This document shows, one piece after another, positions 44,386-55,079 of a DNA stretch of 56,085 nucleotides; position 1 is the first letter of the stretch, and the number at the start of each line of letters is the position of its first letter. The notes beneath the pieces were generated by a model. The model did no database searches. It was not told the origin of the DNA and saw nothing but the letters and a program-made list of their open reading frames with translations. Origin of the DNA: Campylobacterales bacterium (GTDB lineage Bacteria > Campylobacterota > Campylobacteria > Campylobacterales > JALSKU01); contig JAMOOV010000043.1 in NCBI GenBank assembly GCA_027065125.1, positions 1 through 56,085 on the forward strand, written 5' to 3'. Both the position numbers and the translations under genes were made by a program.

Positions 44386-45597
44386 ATGATACCTTTAAGT
44401 GAAATAATTAAGGCAAAAAAGAAGATAAATGGCATAGTAAATAAAACTCCATTTGCTTTTGCTCCGCTTTTGACCGAAAGAGTGGGGGCTAAAGTATATC
44501 TTAAAAAAGAGAATTTACAAATAACCGGAGCATATAAGATAAGGGGAGCATACAATAAGATAGCCTCTTTAAGTAAAGAAGAAAAGCAAAGAGGAGTTAT
44601 TGCCGCAAGTGCGGGCAATCATGCACAAGGGGTAGCCTATAGTGCCGCATTGTTTAAAACTCCTGCTACTATAATTATGCCGGAAGCTACACCTCTTTTA
44701 AAAGTGGTAGGCACAAAAGCACTTGGTGCAAAAGTGATACTTAAAGGGTCAAATTATGATGAAGCATATGAATTTGCCACAACTTATGCACAGGAAAATT
44801 CTCTAACTTTTATACATCCGTTTAAAGATAGGCAAATAATGGCAGGACAAGGTACTGTTGCTCTTGAAATGTATGATGAAAGAGATGATTTAAATATGGT
44901 CTTGGTTCCGATAGGCGGAGGAGGGCTTATAAGTGGTGTAGCTTCTGCTATAAAGCAACTTGATCCTAAGATTAAAATCATAGGAATTACTTCAAAAGGT
45001 GCTCCTGCGATGTATGAATCTTTTAAAGAGAAAAAACCTTTAAGCACGAATGGTGTAAGAACTATAGCAGATGGTATAGCCGTAAGAGATGCCAGTAAAG
45101 AAAATCTTGATATTATTTTAGAGTGTGTAGATGATATAATCCAAGTTGATGATGAAGAGATAGCAAATGCAGTTTTATTTTTGCTTGAGAGACAAAAGAT
45201 AGTGGTTGAAGGTGCTGGAGCAGTAGGAGTTGCTGCTTTGATGCACGATAAAATCAAACTAAAGCCTACTGATAATATCGGTGTTATTTTAAGCGGGGGA
45301 AATATTGATGTAGGCATGTTGTCTGTTATCATAGAGAAGGGACAAATAAAAGCTCACAGAAAAATGAAACTTTTGATAACTCTTATAGATAAACCGGGGG
45401 CTTTGAGAGGACTGACTGATATATTTGAAGAGCTTAGTGCAAATATTATTCAAGTGGATTATGATAGAATCTCTACTACATTATCGTACGGAGATGCAAA
45501 TGTTACAATAGCCCTTGAAACGAAAGGTAAAGAACACCAAGAAAGTATTAGGGAAGAGTTAAAAAAGAGAGGATATAGATTTCACGAAGAGTTTTAG
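44386..45597 (+). CDS. ilvA: Threonine ammonia-lyase (single ACT-like regulatory domain form)
   Basis: PLP lysine motif 'LQITGAYKIRGAYNK', 'SAGNHAQG' and 'PIGGGGLISG'. Confidence 0.85.
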   Translation: MIPLSEIIKAKKKINGIVNKTPFAFAPLLTERVGAKVYLKKENLQITGAYKIRGAYNKIASLSKEEKQRGVIAASAGNHAQGVAYSAALFKTPATIIMPEATPLLKVVGTKALGAKVILKGSNYDEAYEFATTYAQENSLTFIHPFKDRQIMAGQGTVALEMYDERDDLNMVLVPIGGGGLISGVASAIKQLDPKIKIIGITSKGAPAMYESFKEKKPLSTNGVRTIADGIAVRDASKENLDIILECVDDIIQVDDEEIANAVLFLLERQKIVVEGAGAVGVAALMHDKIKLKPTDNIGVILSGGNIDVGMLSVIIEKGQIKAHRKMKLLITLIDKPGALRGLTDIFEELSANIIQVDYDRISTTLSYGDANVTIALETKGKEHQESIREELKKRGYRFHEEF

Positions 45598-45618
45598 AGG
45601 AAAGTTATTCCTCTAAAA
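45592..45618. terminator. Bidirectional hairpin spanning the convergent ilvA and thrC stop codons
   Basis: 11-bp stem TTTTAGAGGAA / TTCCTCTAAAA with a 5-nt loop. A/T runs lie on both sides. It contains the ilvA TAG and the thrC TAA. Confidence 0.5.
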
Positions 45619-47086
45619 ACTTAAATATCTCTTTTTCGAGATTATCTTTATCTATAACTGTATTGTGTATAATTTTGGCATCAAAAAGTTTCAAAATTGA
45701 TTGAGGTATTTGAGTATTCATGATTTTAGATATACCCTCTAAAGCTTCAATATCTTTAAATTTGACTCTGTTTTGACAACTTATGGCATTCATAACTGCG
45801 GGAGCAAACTTAGTCCACTCTGCAGTAGAACATATAACTGTTTTTCTTCTTGAACACTTAATATCGTCATAAGCTTTTATACAAGTTGCCGTATGAGGAT
45901 CCATAAGGTAGTTTTTGGCAGAGTATTCGGAAATATAGTGTTTTGTTTCACTATCATTGCAATAATATCCTCTAAAATCTTTTTGGATATTTGCAAGTTC
46001 ATTTTTACTCAATTCATAAAAACCGTTATTTTTTAAATCATCCATCAACTCTTTACATCTTTTGGAACCAAATTTATCATAAAGTAATCTTTCCACATTT
46101 GAAGAGATAAGTATATCCATCGCCGGAGATATAGTTTTGATAAGTGATCTTTGTCTTATATCATAAATACCGGTATTTATAAGATCGCTGAGGATATTGT
46201 TGCTATTTGCCGATATTAGAATTTTTCTTATATTTATACCCATTTTTTTAGCATAGTATGCACCAAGAGCATCACCAAAGTTTCCACTTGGAACTGCTAT
46301 GTATATCTCATCCCCGTTTTTTATCTCTTTTTGTTTAACAAGTTTTATGTAAGCACTTACATGATATATGATTTGAAAAATGATTCTTCCAAAATTGACA
46401 GAATTTGCCGCACTTAATTTTATGCCGGTTTTATTAAGTTCGTCTTGAAATGATTTTGATGATAATAGAGATTTTAAAGATGCTTGGGCATCATCAAAAT
46501 TGCCATTTATACCAATAACTTTTAAATTTCCCCCCTTTTGTGTAACCATTTGCAACTTTTGTACATCGCTTGTGCCGCCCTCAGGATAAATGCAGACAAC
46601 TTTTATATTGTCTTTGTTTGAAAAGCTTTCTAGTGTTGCCGGTCCGGTATCCCCACTTGTAGCAGCAAGTATGAGATAGTTTTCATTTTCGTTTTGTGCT
46701 ATTTTTGATAGGATATATCCGAAGGGCTGAAGAGCCATATCTTTAAAAGCTCTTGTTGGACCGTGATATAATTCATTGACAAATAAAATATCTTCTATTT
46801 TTTTTAAAGGGACAGGATCATTTTTGTCATCAAATTTATCATATAAATCTATAGCCTCTTTTAAAACATTTCTATCAACATCCAATTCAAAAAGATCAAG
46901 AATTTTAAGAGTAAGTTCTTTGTATGATAAATCCAAAGATTTATCTATGAATATTTTATCGATTTTTGGTAAATATTCAGGGACATAAAGACCGCCAAAA
47001 CTTGCACTTGGATTTTTTATGGCTTGTGAAAATGTAACTTTGTCGGCTTTTTTACCATCATTTCCTCTTGTTTCTATAAAGTTCAT
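45605..47086 (-). CDS. thrC: Threonine synthase (long form)
   Basis: 'GPTRAFKDMALQ' PLP-lysine motif, 'ATSGDTGPA', about 490 aa. Confidence 0.9.
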   Translation of the reverse strand: MNFIETRGNDGKKADKVTFSQAIKNPSASFGGLYVPEYLPKIDKIFIDKSLDLSYKELTLKILDLFELDVDRNVLKEAIDLYDKFDDKNDPVPLKKIEDILFVNELYHGPTRAFKDMALQPFGYILSKIAQNENENYLILAATSGDTGPATLESFSNKDNIKVVCIYPEGGTSDVQKLQMVTQKGGNLKVIGINGNFDDAQASLKSLLSSKSFQDELNKTGIKLSAANSVNFGRIIFQIIYHVSAYIKLVKQKEIKNGDEIYIAVPSGNFGDALGAYYAKKMGINIRKILISANSNNILSDLINTGIYDIRQRSLIKTISPAMDILISSNVERLLYDKFGSKRCKELMDDLKNNGFYELSKNELANIQKDFRGYYCNDSETKHYISEYSAKNYLMDPHTATCIKAYDDIKCSRRKTVICSTAEWTKFAPAVMNAISCQNRVKFKDIEALEGISKIMNTQIPQSILKLFDAKIIHNTVIDKDNLEKEIFKFLEE

Positions 47087-47946
47087 TTGACACCTTTCTT
47101 TTTTATTACAGTTCCTATACCTTCGCTTGTAAAGACTTCAAGTAGTAGTGAATGTTCAATTCTGCCGTCAATGATGTGAGCTTTTTTACAGCCGTTTTCG
47201 ATAGCATTTAAGCAAGAATTTACTTTTGGAAGCATACCACCTTTTATGACTCCTTGTTCGATTAACTTTTCAATCTCATTTTTTTCAAGTGTGGATAAGA
47301 GATTATTGTTTTCATCTAAAACACCTATGGTATCGGTTAGATATATCACTTTTTCAGCTTTTAGTTCTCCTGCAATTTTACTGGCAACTACATCGGCATT
47401 TATATTTAATCCTATGCCATTTACTTCATCCGTTGCAGCTATAGGTGCAACAACCGGTATAAAATTTTCATTCATTAAATTTTCTATTACTTTATTGTCA
47501 ATACTTGTAATATCTCCAACGAAACCATATTTTCCTCCTTTTAAAGGAACAGCTTTGAAAAAATTTGCATCTTTTCCGGTTATTCCGATGGCTTTTGCAC
47601 CATGAGAATTTAGCATAGTTGTTATCTCTTTATTGATATTTCCACTCAAGACCATTTCAACTATTTCCATGCTTTCTTTACTTGTAACTCTAAAACCATC
47701 AACAAATTTACTTTCAATATCCAATCTATCAAGTAAAGATGTTATCTTATTTCCTCCGCCATGAACAATAACTAACTTTATGCCAACAAGATAAAAAAGA
47801 GCTATATCTTGGGCAAATTTATCTTTTAAAGTTTGGTTGATTTGTGCAGAACCACCATATTTTATAACAAATGTTTTACCAGCATATCGTCTGATATATG
47901 GTAAAGCATCAAGTAGTATTTGAGCTTTCTCTATCCTAATTTTCAA
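47083..47946 (-). CDS. argB: Acetylglutamate kinase
   Basis: 'FVIKYGGSA', 'VIVHGGG' and 'NINADVVASKIA'. Confidence 0.95.
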   Translation of the reverse strand: MKIRIEKAQILLDALPYIRRYAGKTFVIKYGGSAQINQTLKDKFAQDIALFYLVGIKLVIVHGGGNKITSLLDRLDIESKFVDGFRVTSKESMEIVEMVLSGNINKEITTMLNSHGAKAIGITGKDANFFKAVPLKGGKYGFVGDITSIDNKVIENLMNENFIPVVAPIAATDEVNGIGLNINADVVASKIAGELKAEKVIYLTDTIGVLDENNNLLSTLEKNEIEKLIEQGVIKGGMLPKVNSCLNAIENGCKKAHIIDGRIEHSLLLEVFTSEGIGTVIKKKGVK

Positions 47947-47983
47947 TATAAACCTTTAATTTTTAATATATCAATATATTTTA

Positions 47984-48931
47984 CTAAAAATTACCAAAAT
48001 TATCTATAAAAGAGTTAATTTTTAAAATGATATTTTTATTTATGGATACATTTAACTCCAAGATAGATAAGTCATATCCAAATTTTTCTAATTTTACAGC
48101 ATCTTTTGTAGTTGTCAAGATAGAAGTTGGATTGTATTTTTTTATGATATTGTCCAACTCTTTTTTTTGGTAAAAGTGATGGTCTTCAAAGTAGATTTTA
48201 GCAATAATGCTATCTTTGGGTAAAAATTTATCAAGTCTTTGAGGCTTAGAGATAGCAGTTATAAGTAGCATTTTTTTTGTTTGATTTTTTATAAAAACAT
48301 TTCTATTGAAATCCACACCCTCTTTTGCTACAATATCAGCTTTTTTTGAAAAGCTTTTTGGCTCCCTGTAGGGTCCGCTTGGCAGACAAAAGTTGTTTGT
48401 GTACTCTTTTTGAGGTTCTAACAATATATCAAACTTTTTTATCTCATGTCGATGAAAAGCATCATCAAGAAATATACTTTTGATAGATTTTTTAGCTGCA
48501 TACTCTATGGCTAATGCTCTATTTTTACAGACAAGAACCATAGCATTTGGCAACTCTTTTGCATAAAGCATCGCCTCATCACCGCTATCTTTTACATCAC
48601 AAGAGATTTTACCATCCTCTTTTACTACAAGCAGATCTGTGCTTTCTCTTTTGTACCCTCTTAGTATAACGGCTGTATCAACCCTATCTTTTGCTAATGC
48701 TATGGTAAAGGGTGTTTTACCATTACCTCCTATGGTTAAATTGCCTATGCTGATAATTGGTATATCGAAATCTTTCTGTTTTGTAAATTCTCTTTTTAAA
48801 ATAACTAAAAGACAATAAATCGCACTAAAGGGAAGAAGGGCATAACTTAATATTTTATGAGAAATTTTTGGATAAAAGAGATACTCTTCTATCCAAAAAA
48901 CGAGTTTATTATACTCTTGTTTTTGCAACAC
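47984..48931 (-). CDS. lpxK: Tetraacyldisaccharide 4'-kinase
   Basis: 'SIGNLTIGGNGKTP' P-loop and 'ILRGYKR'. Confidence 0.85.
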   Translation of the reverse strand: MLQKQEYNKLVFWIEEYLFYPKISHKILSYALLPFSAIYCLLVILKREFTKQKDFDIPIISIGNLTIGGNGKTPFTIALAKDRVDTAVILRGYKRESTDLLVVKEDGKISCDVKDSGDEAMLYAKELPNAMVLVCKNRALAIEYAAKKSIKSIFLDDAFHRHEIKKFDILLEPQKEYTNNFCLPSGPYREPKSFSKKADIVAKEGVDFNRNVFIKNQTKKMLLITAISKPQRLDKFLPKDSIIAKIYFEDHHFYQKKELDNIIKKYNPTSILTTTKDAVKLEKFGYDLSILELNVSINKNIILKINSFIDNFGNF

Positions 48932-50045
48932 TTTTTACTTGTTCGCAAATATACATAACTTCATCATTTGTCAAACTTGAATAGATTGGCAAAGAGAGTA
49001 TTTGTTGATAATTTGTCAAAGCTACCGGAAAATCATTAATCCTCAAATTATATTTACTTTTATAATAGCTAAGTAGATGGATAGGAATATAATTTAACCC
49101 CGTATGGATATTTTTTATTGCCAACTCTTTAGCGAATGAATCTCTATTTTTATCTATCTTGATAATATATCTTTTGTAGATATGATCTCTTTTTTTAATA
49201 GGAGTACTGATATGAGGTACATTTTTTAACTCATTGTCGTAGATAGCCGCAATCTCCTGTCGTCTTTTTATAAAAGAGTCATTTTTGGAAAGCTGTGCCA
49301 AGCAAAAAGCAGCATCAAGCTGAGATAAGTCATACTTAACTCCGATATCAACTACATCATAAACATAGTCTAAGTTTCCATATCTTTCCCAAGCTTCACT
49401 CACTATCGCATGATTTCTAAGAAGTCTTGCTCTTTTGTCAAGATCTTCTACATTTGTCGTTATCATTCCGGCATTTATTACATTGTTTACAGTATGAGGA
49501 CTAAAGCTAAAGGTTGTAAGTGTGCTTTTGGATAAAGAGCCTATTTTTTTACCTTTGTATGTTGCACCCATTGCATTGGAAGCATCCTCTAAGACAAGAA
49601 CATTGTGCTTGTTTGCAACTTCATATATTTCATCCATTGGAGCTGGCTGTCCTGCTACATGGCTAACAAATACAGCTTTTAATTTTTTATGTTTTGATTT
49701 TGTTAAAACTTCATCTAACTTAATCGGATCTATATTAAAATCATCCTTGTCAATATCCACAAATATTGGTTCAGCATCAAAATGTCTTATAACTTCCGCT
49801 ACTGACGGAAATGCATTGACTGAACAAACTATTTTGTCCCCCCTTTTTAAGTCTATGCTCATCATAGAAAGGTGCATAGCAGCAGTGCCACTTGAAGTGG
49901 AAATAGAGTAATTTGTATCTATATAATTTGAAAAACTCTTTTCAAGTTCAACTGTTTTACTTTTTTGTGTTTGAGACAAAACACTTTTTATTTGAGATAA
50001 TTCATTATCATCAATTGATGGTTTGAAAAATGGTATATTGTACAT
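48909..50045 (-). CDS. DegT/DnrJ/EryC1/StrS-family sugar aminotransferase-like protein lacking the canonical PLP lysine
   Basis: 'SSGTAAMHL', 'GDKIV' and 'VLEDASNAMGA' are present. The motif expected as SFHxxK reads 'SFSPHT'. Confidence 0.8.
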   Translation of the reverse strand: MYNIPFFKPSIDDNELSQIKSVLSQTQKSKTVELEKSFSNYIDTNYSISTSSGTAAMHLSMMSIDLKRGDKIVCSVNAFPSVAEVIRHFDAEPIFVDIDKDDFNIDPIKLDEVLTKSKHKKLKAVFVSHVAGQPAPMDEIYEVANKHNVLVLEDASNAMGATYKGKKIGSLSKSTLTTFSFSPHTVNNVINAGMITTNVEDLDKRARLLRNHAIVSEAWERYGNLDYVYDVVDIGVKYDLSQLDAAFCLAQLSKNDSFIKRRQEIAAIYDNELKNVPHISTPIKKRDHIYKRYIIKIDKNRDSFAKELAIKNIHTGLNYIPIHLLSYYKSKYNLRINDFPVALTNYQQILSLPIYSSLTNDEVMYICEQVKSVAKTRV

Positions 50046-50110
50046 GTCGTATCCTTTTTATAATTTTACATCTTTGGCATAGAGAAAATTATGCCCTATA
50101 CTTCATCTTA

Positions 50111-50869
50111 TTAACTGACCTTAGCAATAATCGGAGGTTTTCTTTTAAACTGATTTTGGTATATTTTTTTGGTAATCAAATCACACAGTTTTTTATCATA
50201 CCCCTTTTGCAAAAGTTCTTCTTTGCTAAATCTATTATCAATAAAGTCTTTCAATACTTTATCTATTTTAGCATAACTAAACCCCAAATCATCTTCATCG
50301 CTTTGTCCTTCCCATAAGTCAGCTGAAGGAGGCTTATTTAAGATGTTGTTTGTGACACCAAGATATTCGGCAAATTCAAAAATCTCACTTTTATATAAAT
50401 CTCCTATTGGATTTATCGCACTTGCCAAATCTCCAAAAATAGTACCGTATCCGAGTAAAAGTTCACTTTTGTTGCTTGTGCCTATCACCAATGCATTCTC
50501 TCTTGCTGATATGTCATATAGTATGCACATTCTCAGCCTAGCACTTAGATTGCCTATCCTCAAACTGCTCATTTTTTCATTTATATAAGCTTTTAGCATA
50601 GGCTCTATAGATATAATTTCATAGTTTATATCAAATTTTTCGGACAACTCTTTTGCATCATCTATACTCTCTTTACTTGAAAATTGAGAAGGCATTAAAA
50701 TACACAATAGATTGTCTTTAAAAGCTTTTTTAGCAAGTATGGCTACCACAGCAGAGTCTATACCTCCACTCAAGCCTACAACTACTTTTTTAAAACCTGT
50801 TTTTAAAACTTCATCTTGTAAAAATTTTACAAGAAATTTTTCTAAAAGCTCATATTTTTTTGTCATCAA
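50111..50869 (-). CDS. nadE: NH3-dependent NAD+ synthetase
   Basis: 'VVGLSGGIDSAV' PP-loop and 'GTSNKSELLLGY'. Confidence 0.9.
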   Translation of the reverse strand: MMTKKYELLEKFLVKFLQDEVLKTGFKKVVVGLSGGIDSAVVAILAKKAFKDNLLCILMPSQFSSKESIDDAKELSEKFDINYEIISIEPMLKAYINEKMSSLRIGNLSARLRMCILYDISARENALVIGTSNKSELLLGYGTIFGDLASAINPIGDLYKSEIFEFAEYLGVTNNILNKPPSADLWEGQSDEDDLGFSYAKIDKVLKDFIDNRFSKEELLQKGYDKKLCDLITKKIYQNQFKRKPPIIAKVS

Positions 50870-50992
50870 TATATCCTAATAAATTACTTAATTTGGTAAA
50901 TTATTTTACTAAAATATCTCTTAATAAATACTTTTAGATATAATTTTACTGTTTAAGAAATTATATCAATAAAAAGTAAATGGAGAGTAATT

Positions 50993-51589
50993 ATGCAGCA
51001 AATATTATCAAAATCTTTTGGAGACTATCGGACAAATTGTTATATCATTCAAAAAGATAAAAAAGAGCTTATAATAGATCCGGGAGTAGGGGCAATAAAA
51101 TGGGTAAAAAATATTGTAAACAATCCTATCGCTATACTAAATACTCATGGGCATTTTGATCATGTATGGAGTGATTGTGAGCTTAAAAAAGAGTTTGATA
51201 TACCAATATATATACCAAAAAAAGATGCTTTTATGCTTGAAAAAGATATATTTGAACAGGGACAGCCGACTTGTAAGGCTGACTATCTTATTGATGGAGA
51301 TAAAGAGTTGAAGATAGGGGATTTTGTAGTAAAATTTTTGTATTTTCCAGGACATACTCCGGGATGTTCAGTTGTAGAGATAAATGACAGCTGGTTTAGT
51401 GGAGATTTTATATTTGAAGGCTCTATTGGTAGGGCTGATTTTCCATATTCAAACTCTAAACAAATGAGAGATAGTTTAAAAAAATTTAAACATATAAAGT
51501 ATGATAGAAAGGTTTACACAGGACATGGTAATCCTACGACCATCAAGAAAGAGCAATCCAATGTGGATTATTGGCTAAGAATCCTGTGA
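50993..51589 (+). CDS. MBL-fold metallo-hydrolase
   Basis: 'NTHGHFDHV' (HxHxDH), 'PGHTPG' and 'GHG'. Confidence 0.8.
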   Translation: MQQILSKSFGDYRTNCYIIQKDKKELIIDPGVGAIKWVKNIVNNPIAILNTHGHFDHVWSDCELKKEFDIPIYIPKKDAFMLEKDIFEQGQPTCKADYLIDGDKELKIGDFVVKFLYFPGHTPGCSVVEINDSWFSGDFIFEGSIGRADFPYSNSKQMRDSLKKFKHIKYDRKVYTGHGNPTTIKKEQSNVDYWLRIL

Positions 51590-52066
51590 TTTTTTTACTT
51601 TTTTACTTCTTTTAAGTTTCAATTTAAGAATATGTTCTGGTAGTATAACTGCTGTAAAAGTGCCTTCAAAAACTTTTATATCATTTATGCTGCCCACAAC
51701 ATCAACCTCTCTTTTTCTTGCTTCCTCAAATCTTGCATGAGCTTCAAAGATAACAGTATCTCCTACTTTTACCGGAGCGAGAAATTTATTGTTTGATCCG
51801 ATAAGTACAACATATGGCTCATTGACTGCCGCCATAGCCGCAAAATCAGCCGCACTAAATGTAAATCCACCATGCACCAATCCCATTTCATCAACAGACA
51901 TTTCATTTGTGCAATTTAGTCTAACTTTTGCATAATTTTCTTTTAGAGTATCTATCTCCCCGCTAAGGTATTTTTTTATCTTAGTATGAGTTTTTAAACT
52001 AACGATATCATCATCATTGTCTTGAACTAACTCTTCGGTACTATTTTCTTCCGGATTTTCAGGCAT
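51575..52066 (-). CDS. Hotdog-fold thioesterase (PaaI-like)
   Basis: 'GLVHGGFTFSAADFAA' plus the typical length of the fold. An acidic N-terminal tail is present. Confidence 0.65.
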   Translation of the reverse strand: MPENPEENSTEELVQDNDDDIVSLKTHTKIKKYLSGEIDTLKENYAKVRLNCTNEMSVDEMGLVHGGFTFSAADFAAMAAVNEPYVVLIGSNNKFLAPVKVGDTVIFEAHARFEEARKREVDVVGSINDIKVFEGTFTAVILPEHILKLKLKRSKKVKKSQDS

Positions 52067-52111
52067 TTATATTCCTTGTAAAATTTTAATTATATTGCAT
52101 ATATCGGATTA

Positions 52112-53011
52112 TTATAAAGAAGCTTTAACATATGCTCTTTTTGGTGCAGGATATCCCTCTACTGTTAAGTTTTGATTGTGTGGGTCGAGAAAATCTTCTA
52201 AACTTTGAGACTCTATCCAGTCAGTTTTTCTCTGTTCGTTTATGTCGGTTTTTTTTATTTCAAGAAGTTTTATATCTTTAAAACCTGCCCTATAGAGCCA
52301 GTTTGAAAGTGCTGAAACTGTTGGGATAAAGTAAATATTTGGGATTTTAGAGTATCTATCTTTGGGTGTCAAAGCTATATCTTCACTCCCGTCTATAATA
52401 AATGTATCCAAAAAAAGTTCCCCGCCTTTTTCAAGTCCTTTTTTTAGGGATTTAAGGGTTCCGATGGGATCACTTCTATGATATAAAACTCCAAGACAAA
52501 AAATAGTATCAAACTTTTCACCATATATATCGAGATGTTCTACTCCAAGAAGTTCATAGATGATATCGCTTTTTATAAAATGGTTTATAAAATCAAACTG
52601 TGTTCTAAAAAGAGGCGAGGGGTCAAAACCGACTAACTTTTTTGGCTTTTGCTCTAACATTCTAAGCATATAGTAACCGTTATTGCATCCTATGTCAGCA
52701 ACTTTTTTATCTTGTAGGCTAAAATGAGGCTCTAAAAGATTATATTTTAAAAAGCTTTGCCATTCGGAGTCTATGAAAGTATCAAATATCTCAAAGGGAC
52801 CTTTTCTCCATGGCTTTAACTCTTTAGCAATAGATTGGATTAACTCTTTTTGCTCTTGTGAAATGGAAGATGAGCTTATCTTTATGATATTTCCGATTTG
52901 TAATTTTATATCTTTGATATTTGGTAAAGATGCGATTTTTTCTCTAATGGGTTTGATATTTTTATAATTTAAGGATTTTTCTCTTTCTCTTTTTATGCTT
53001 TCAATCATCAA
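52112..53011 (-). CDS. cmoB: tRNA U34 carboxymethyltransferase CmoB
   Basis: '[12 protein letters not shown]', '[11 protein letters not shown]' and 'VLYHRSDP'. Confidence 0.85.
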   Translation of the reverse strand: MMIESIKREREKSLNYKNIKPIREKIASLPNIKDIKLQIGNIIKISSSSISQEQKELIQSIAKELKPWRKGPFEIFDTFIDSEWQSFLKYNLLEPHFSLQDKKVADIGCNNGYYMLRMLEQKPKKLVGFDPSPLFRTQFDFINHFIKSDIIYELLGVEHLDIYGEKFDTIFCLGVLYHRSDPIGTLKSLKKGLEKGGELFLDTFIIDGSEDIALTPKDRYSKIPNIYFIPTVSALSNWLYRAGFKDIKLLEIKKTDINEQRKTDWIESQSLEDFLDPHNQNLTVEGYPAPKRAYVKASL

Positions 53012-53189
53012 ATTTTTTCTTTCTATTCTTGAAGTCTATCAAGTTCTTGGGACAATCTTTATGATATATACCCATGCCATCATAGTATTCATGACAATCG
53101 TTATAGTATCTATTTGATATACCTCTATCGTTTACATAAAAACATCCGGTAAATAAAAATAATATAATCAAAATTAACAAATATTTCAT
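53001..53189 (-). CDS. Small lipoprotein (62 aa), hypothetical
   Basis: Signal peptide plus lipobox 'LFTGC'. Its stop overlaps the cmoB start by 11 nt. Confidence 0.45.
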   Translation of the reverse strand: MKYLLILIILFLFTGCFYVNDRGISNRYYNDCHEYYDGMGIYHKDCPKNLIDFKNRKKKFDD

Positions 53190-53236
53190 AGTGAAAATGA
53201 TAACATAATGAGAGATATTTTACAATAGGAGTCGCT

Positions 53237-54511
53237 ATGGAAATTATAGAAATGTTTGAAAAAATATGCTTGATTCCCCACTGTTCTAAAAATAGTGATA
53301 AGTTAAAAAAATATATAAAGGATTTTTGTATAGAATGTAATTGTGAAGTTAAAAGCGATAAAGCAGGAAATATATATTGCAAAAAAGGTAAACCCAAGAT
53401 TTGTTTACAGGCACATTATGACATGGTTTGTGTAGGTAATGCCCCCGATATAGAAGTGATAGAAAGAGATGGATATATTAAAGCTAAAAACTCTTCCTTG
53501 GGTGCTGATAACGGCATAGGAGTAGCCATAATGCTCATAATGGCAAAGAGATTTGATAATGTAGAGTTGCTTTTTACTGCTGATGAGGAAGTGGGCATGA
53601 TAGGAGCAGTAGGGCTTGAACTTAAAATCCAATCAAACAAGATACTCAATCTTGATACCGAAGAGGAGGGCAGGGTATATATAGGCTGTGCCGGTGGAGT
53701 TGATATAGGGGTTAAAAAGAGATATGATAAAGCTAAACTGACTGATGAAGATATCTATAGGCTAAAGATAGAAGGATTGCCCGGAGGTCATAGCGGAGTG
53801 GACATAGATAAACATATTCCAAATGCCATAAAAGAGATGGGATACTATCTTGCAGAATTTTATCCGAAGATCATCTCTATAAAAGGAGGAGAGGCACTAA
53901 ATTCCATACCTAAAAGTGTCGAAGTCGTTGTGGCTCTCGAGCCGGGTAAAAATCTTCCGAAAAGCAATATGGTTAAAGTGGAAAAATTAAAATCGTATAA
54001 GAGTGATAGCTACTTTAAAAAATCAAAAGAGATAATAGATATAATATGCGGTTTTGCCAATGGAGTGAGAGGTTATGATAAAGATATGTGTCTGCCTTTT
54101 GTTAGTGTCAATTTAGCAAAAATTCAAACTATTGATGATACTATATCCTTACAAATTTTTCCAAGAGCCAATGATGATCTATCTCTTGAAAAGATAAAAA
54201 AAGAGATAAAATCATATTTTCAAAATATGGGATATATCGTAGAGTTTTCTTCTCAATACGGAGCTTGGAAACCGGAAATAAATGAGTTTTCAAAAGAGGT
54301 TTTCGCCATTTGTAAAGAGGTATTTGACGAAGTTTCTTATAGTGCTATACATGCGGGTTTGGAGTGCGGTGTGCTTTTGGAAAAGCTTGGCAAAGAGAAG
54401 ATGATAGTCTCTATCGGACCCAATATCATCTATCCGCATTCGGTAAATGAAAAGTGCGAGATAGAGTCTGTGAAGAGAGTGTATGATATAGTTGAAAAAT
54501 TGATGAGGTGA
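53237..54511 (+). CDS. pepD: M20-family aminoacyl-histidine dipeptidase (PepD-like)
   Basis: 'IPHCSKN', 'LQAHYDMV', 'GADNGIGVA', 'FTADEEVGMIGA' and 'IHAGLECG'. Confidence 0.8.
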   Translation: MEIIEMFEKICLIPHCSKNSDKLKKYIKDFCIECNCEVKSDKAGNIYCKKGKPKICLQAHYDMVCVGNAPDIEVIERDGYIKAKNSSLGADNGIGVAIMLIMAKRFDNVELLFTADEEVGMIGAVGLELKIQSNKILNLDTEEEGRVYIGCAGGVDIGVKKRYDKAKLTDEDIYRLKIEGLPGGHSGVDIDKHIPNAIKEMGYYLAEFYPKIISIKGGEALNSIPKSVEVVVALEPGKNLPKSNMVKVEKLKSYKSDSYFKKSKEIIDIICGFANGVRGYDKDMCLPFVSVNLAKIQTIDDTISLQIFPRANDDLSLEKIKKEIKSYFQNMGYIVEFSSQYGAWKPEINEFSKEVFAICKEVFDEVSYSAIHAGLECGVLLEKLGKEKMIVSIGPNIIYPHSVNEKCEIESVKRVYDIVEKLMR

Positions 54512-54515
54512 AAAA

Positions 54516-55079
54516 ATGTCGTTATTGGAGTCAAAAGATATACCATTAGGAACAAAACTTCCGGAATTGACACTAAAAGATGCTTTCGGTAAAATTTATA
54601 ACCTAAAAGACGAGGTTGGCAAGACAGGTTTGCTTGTTGTTGTGACTTGCAACCATTGCCCTTATGCTATAGCCGTTTGGAATAGGGTAAAAGAGATAGC
54701 AAAGTTTGCTAAAAAGCTTGGTATCAATACGGTCGCAGTAAACCCGAATATTCATCCCAACTATCCTGAAGATTCGCCATCCAAAATGAGAGAGAAGGTA
54801 GAGGATGAGGGGATAGAGTTTCCATATCTTGTAGATGAAACTCAAGAGTTTGCAAAAGCTTTAAATGCTGCTTGTACTCCCGATATATATCTTTTTGATA
54901 AAGATGCAAAGCTCTACTATCACGGCAGGATAGATGATAACTGGCAAGATGAAAAAAATGTTAAAAAAGAGGAACTAAAAGATGCGATGATGCTTCTTTT
55001 TACTGACAAGGAGTCACCAAAACTGCAATACCCCTCTATGGGTTGCTCCATAAAATGGAAAGATACGGTTTTGGGTTAA
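54516..55079 (+). CDS. Thioredoxin-fold (redoxin/TlpA-like) protein
   Basis: 'VVVTCNHCPY' CxxC-type motif in an AhpC/TSA-like context. Confidence 0.7.
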   Translation: MSLLESKDIPLGTKLPELTLKDAFGKIYNLKDEVGKTGLLVVVTCNHCPYAIAVWNRVKEIAKFAKKLGINTVAVNPNIHPNYPEDSPSKMREKVEDEGIEFPYLVDETQEFAKALNAACTPDIYLFDKDAKLYYHGRIDDNWQDEKNVKKEELKDAMMLLFTDKESPKLQYPSMGCSIKWKDTVLG

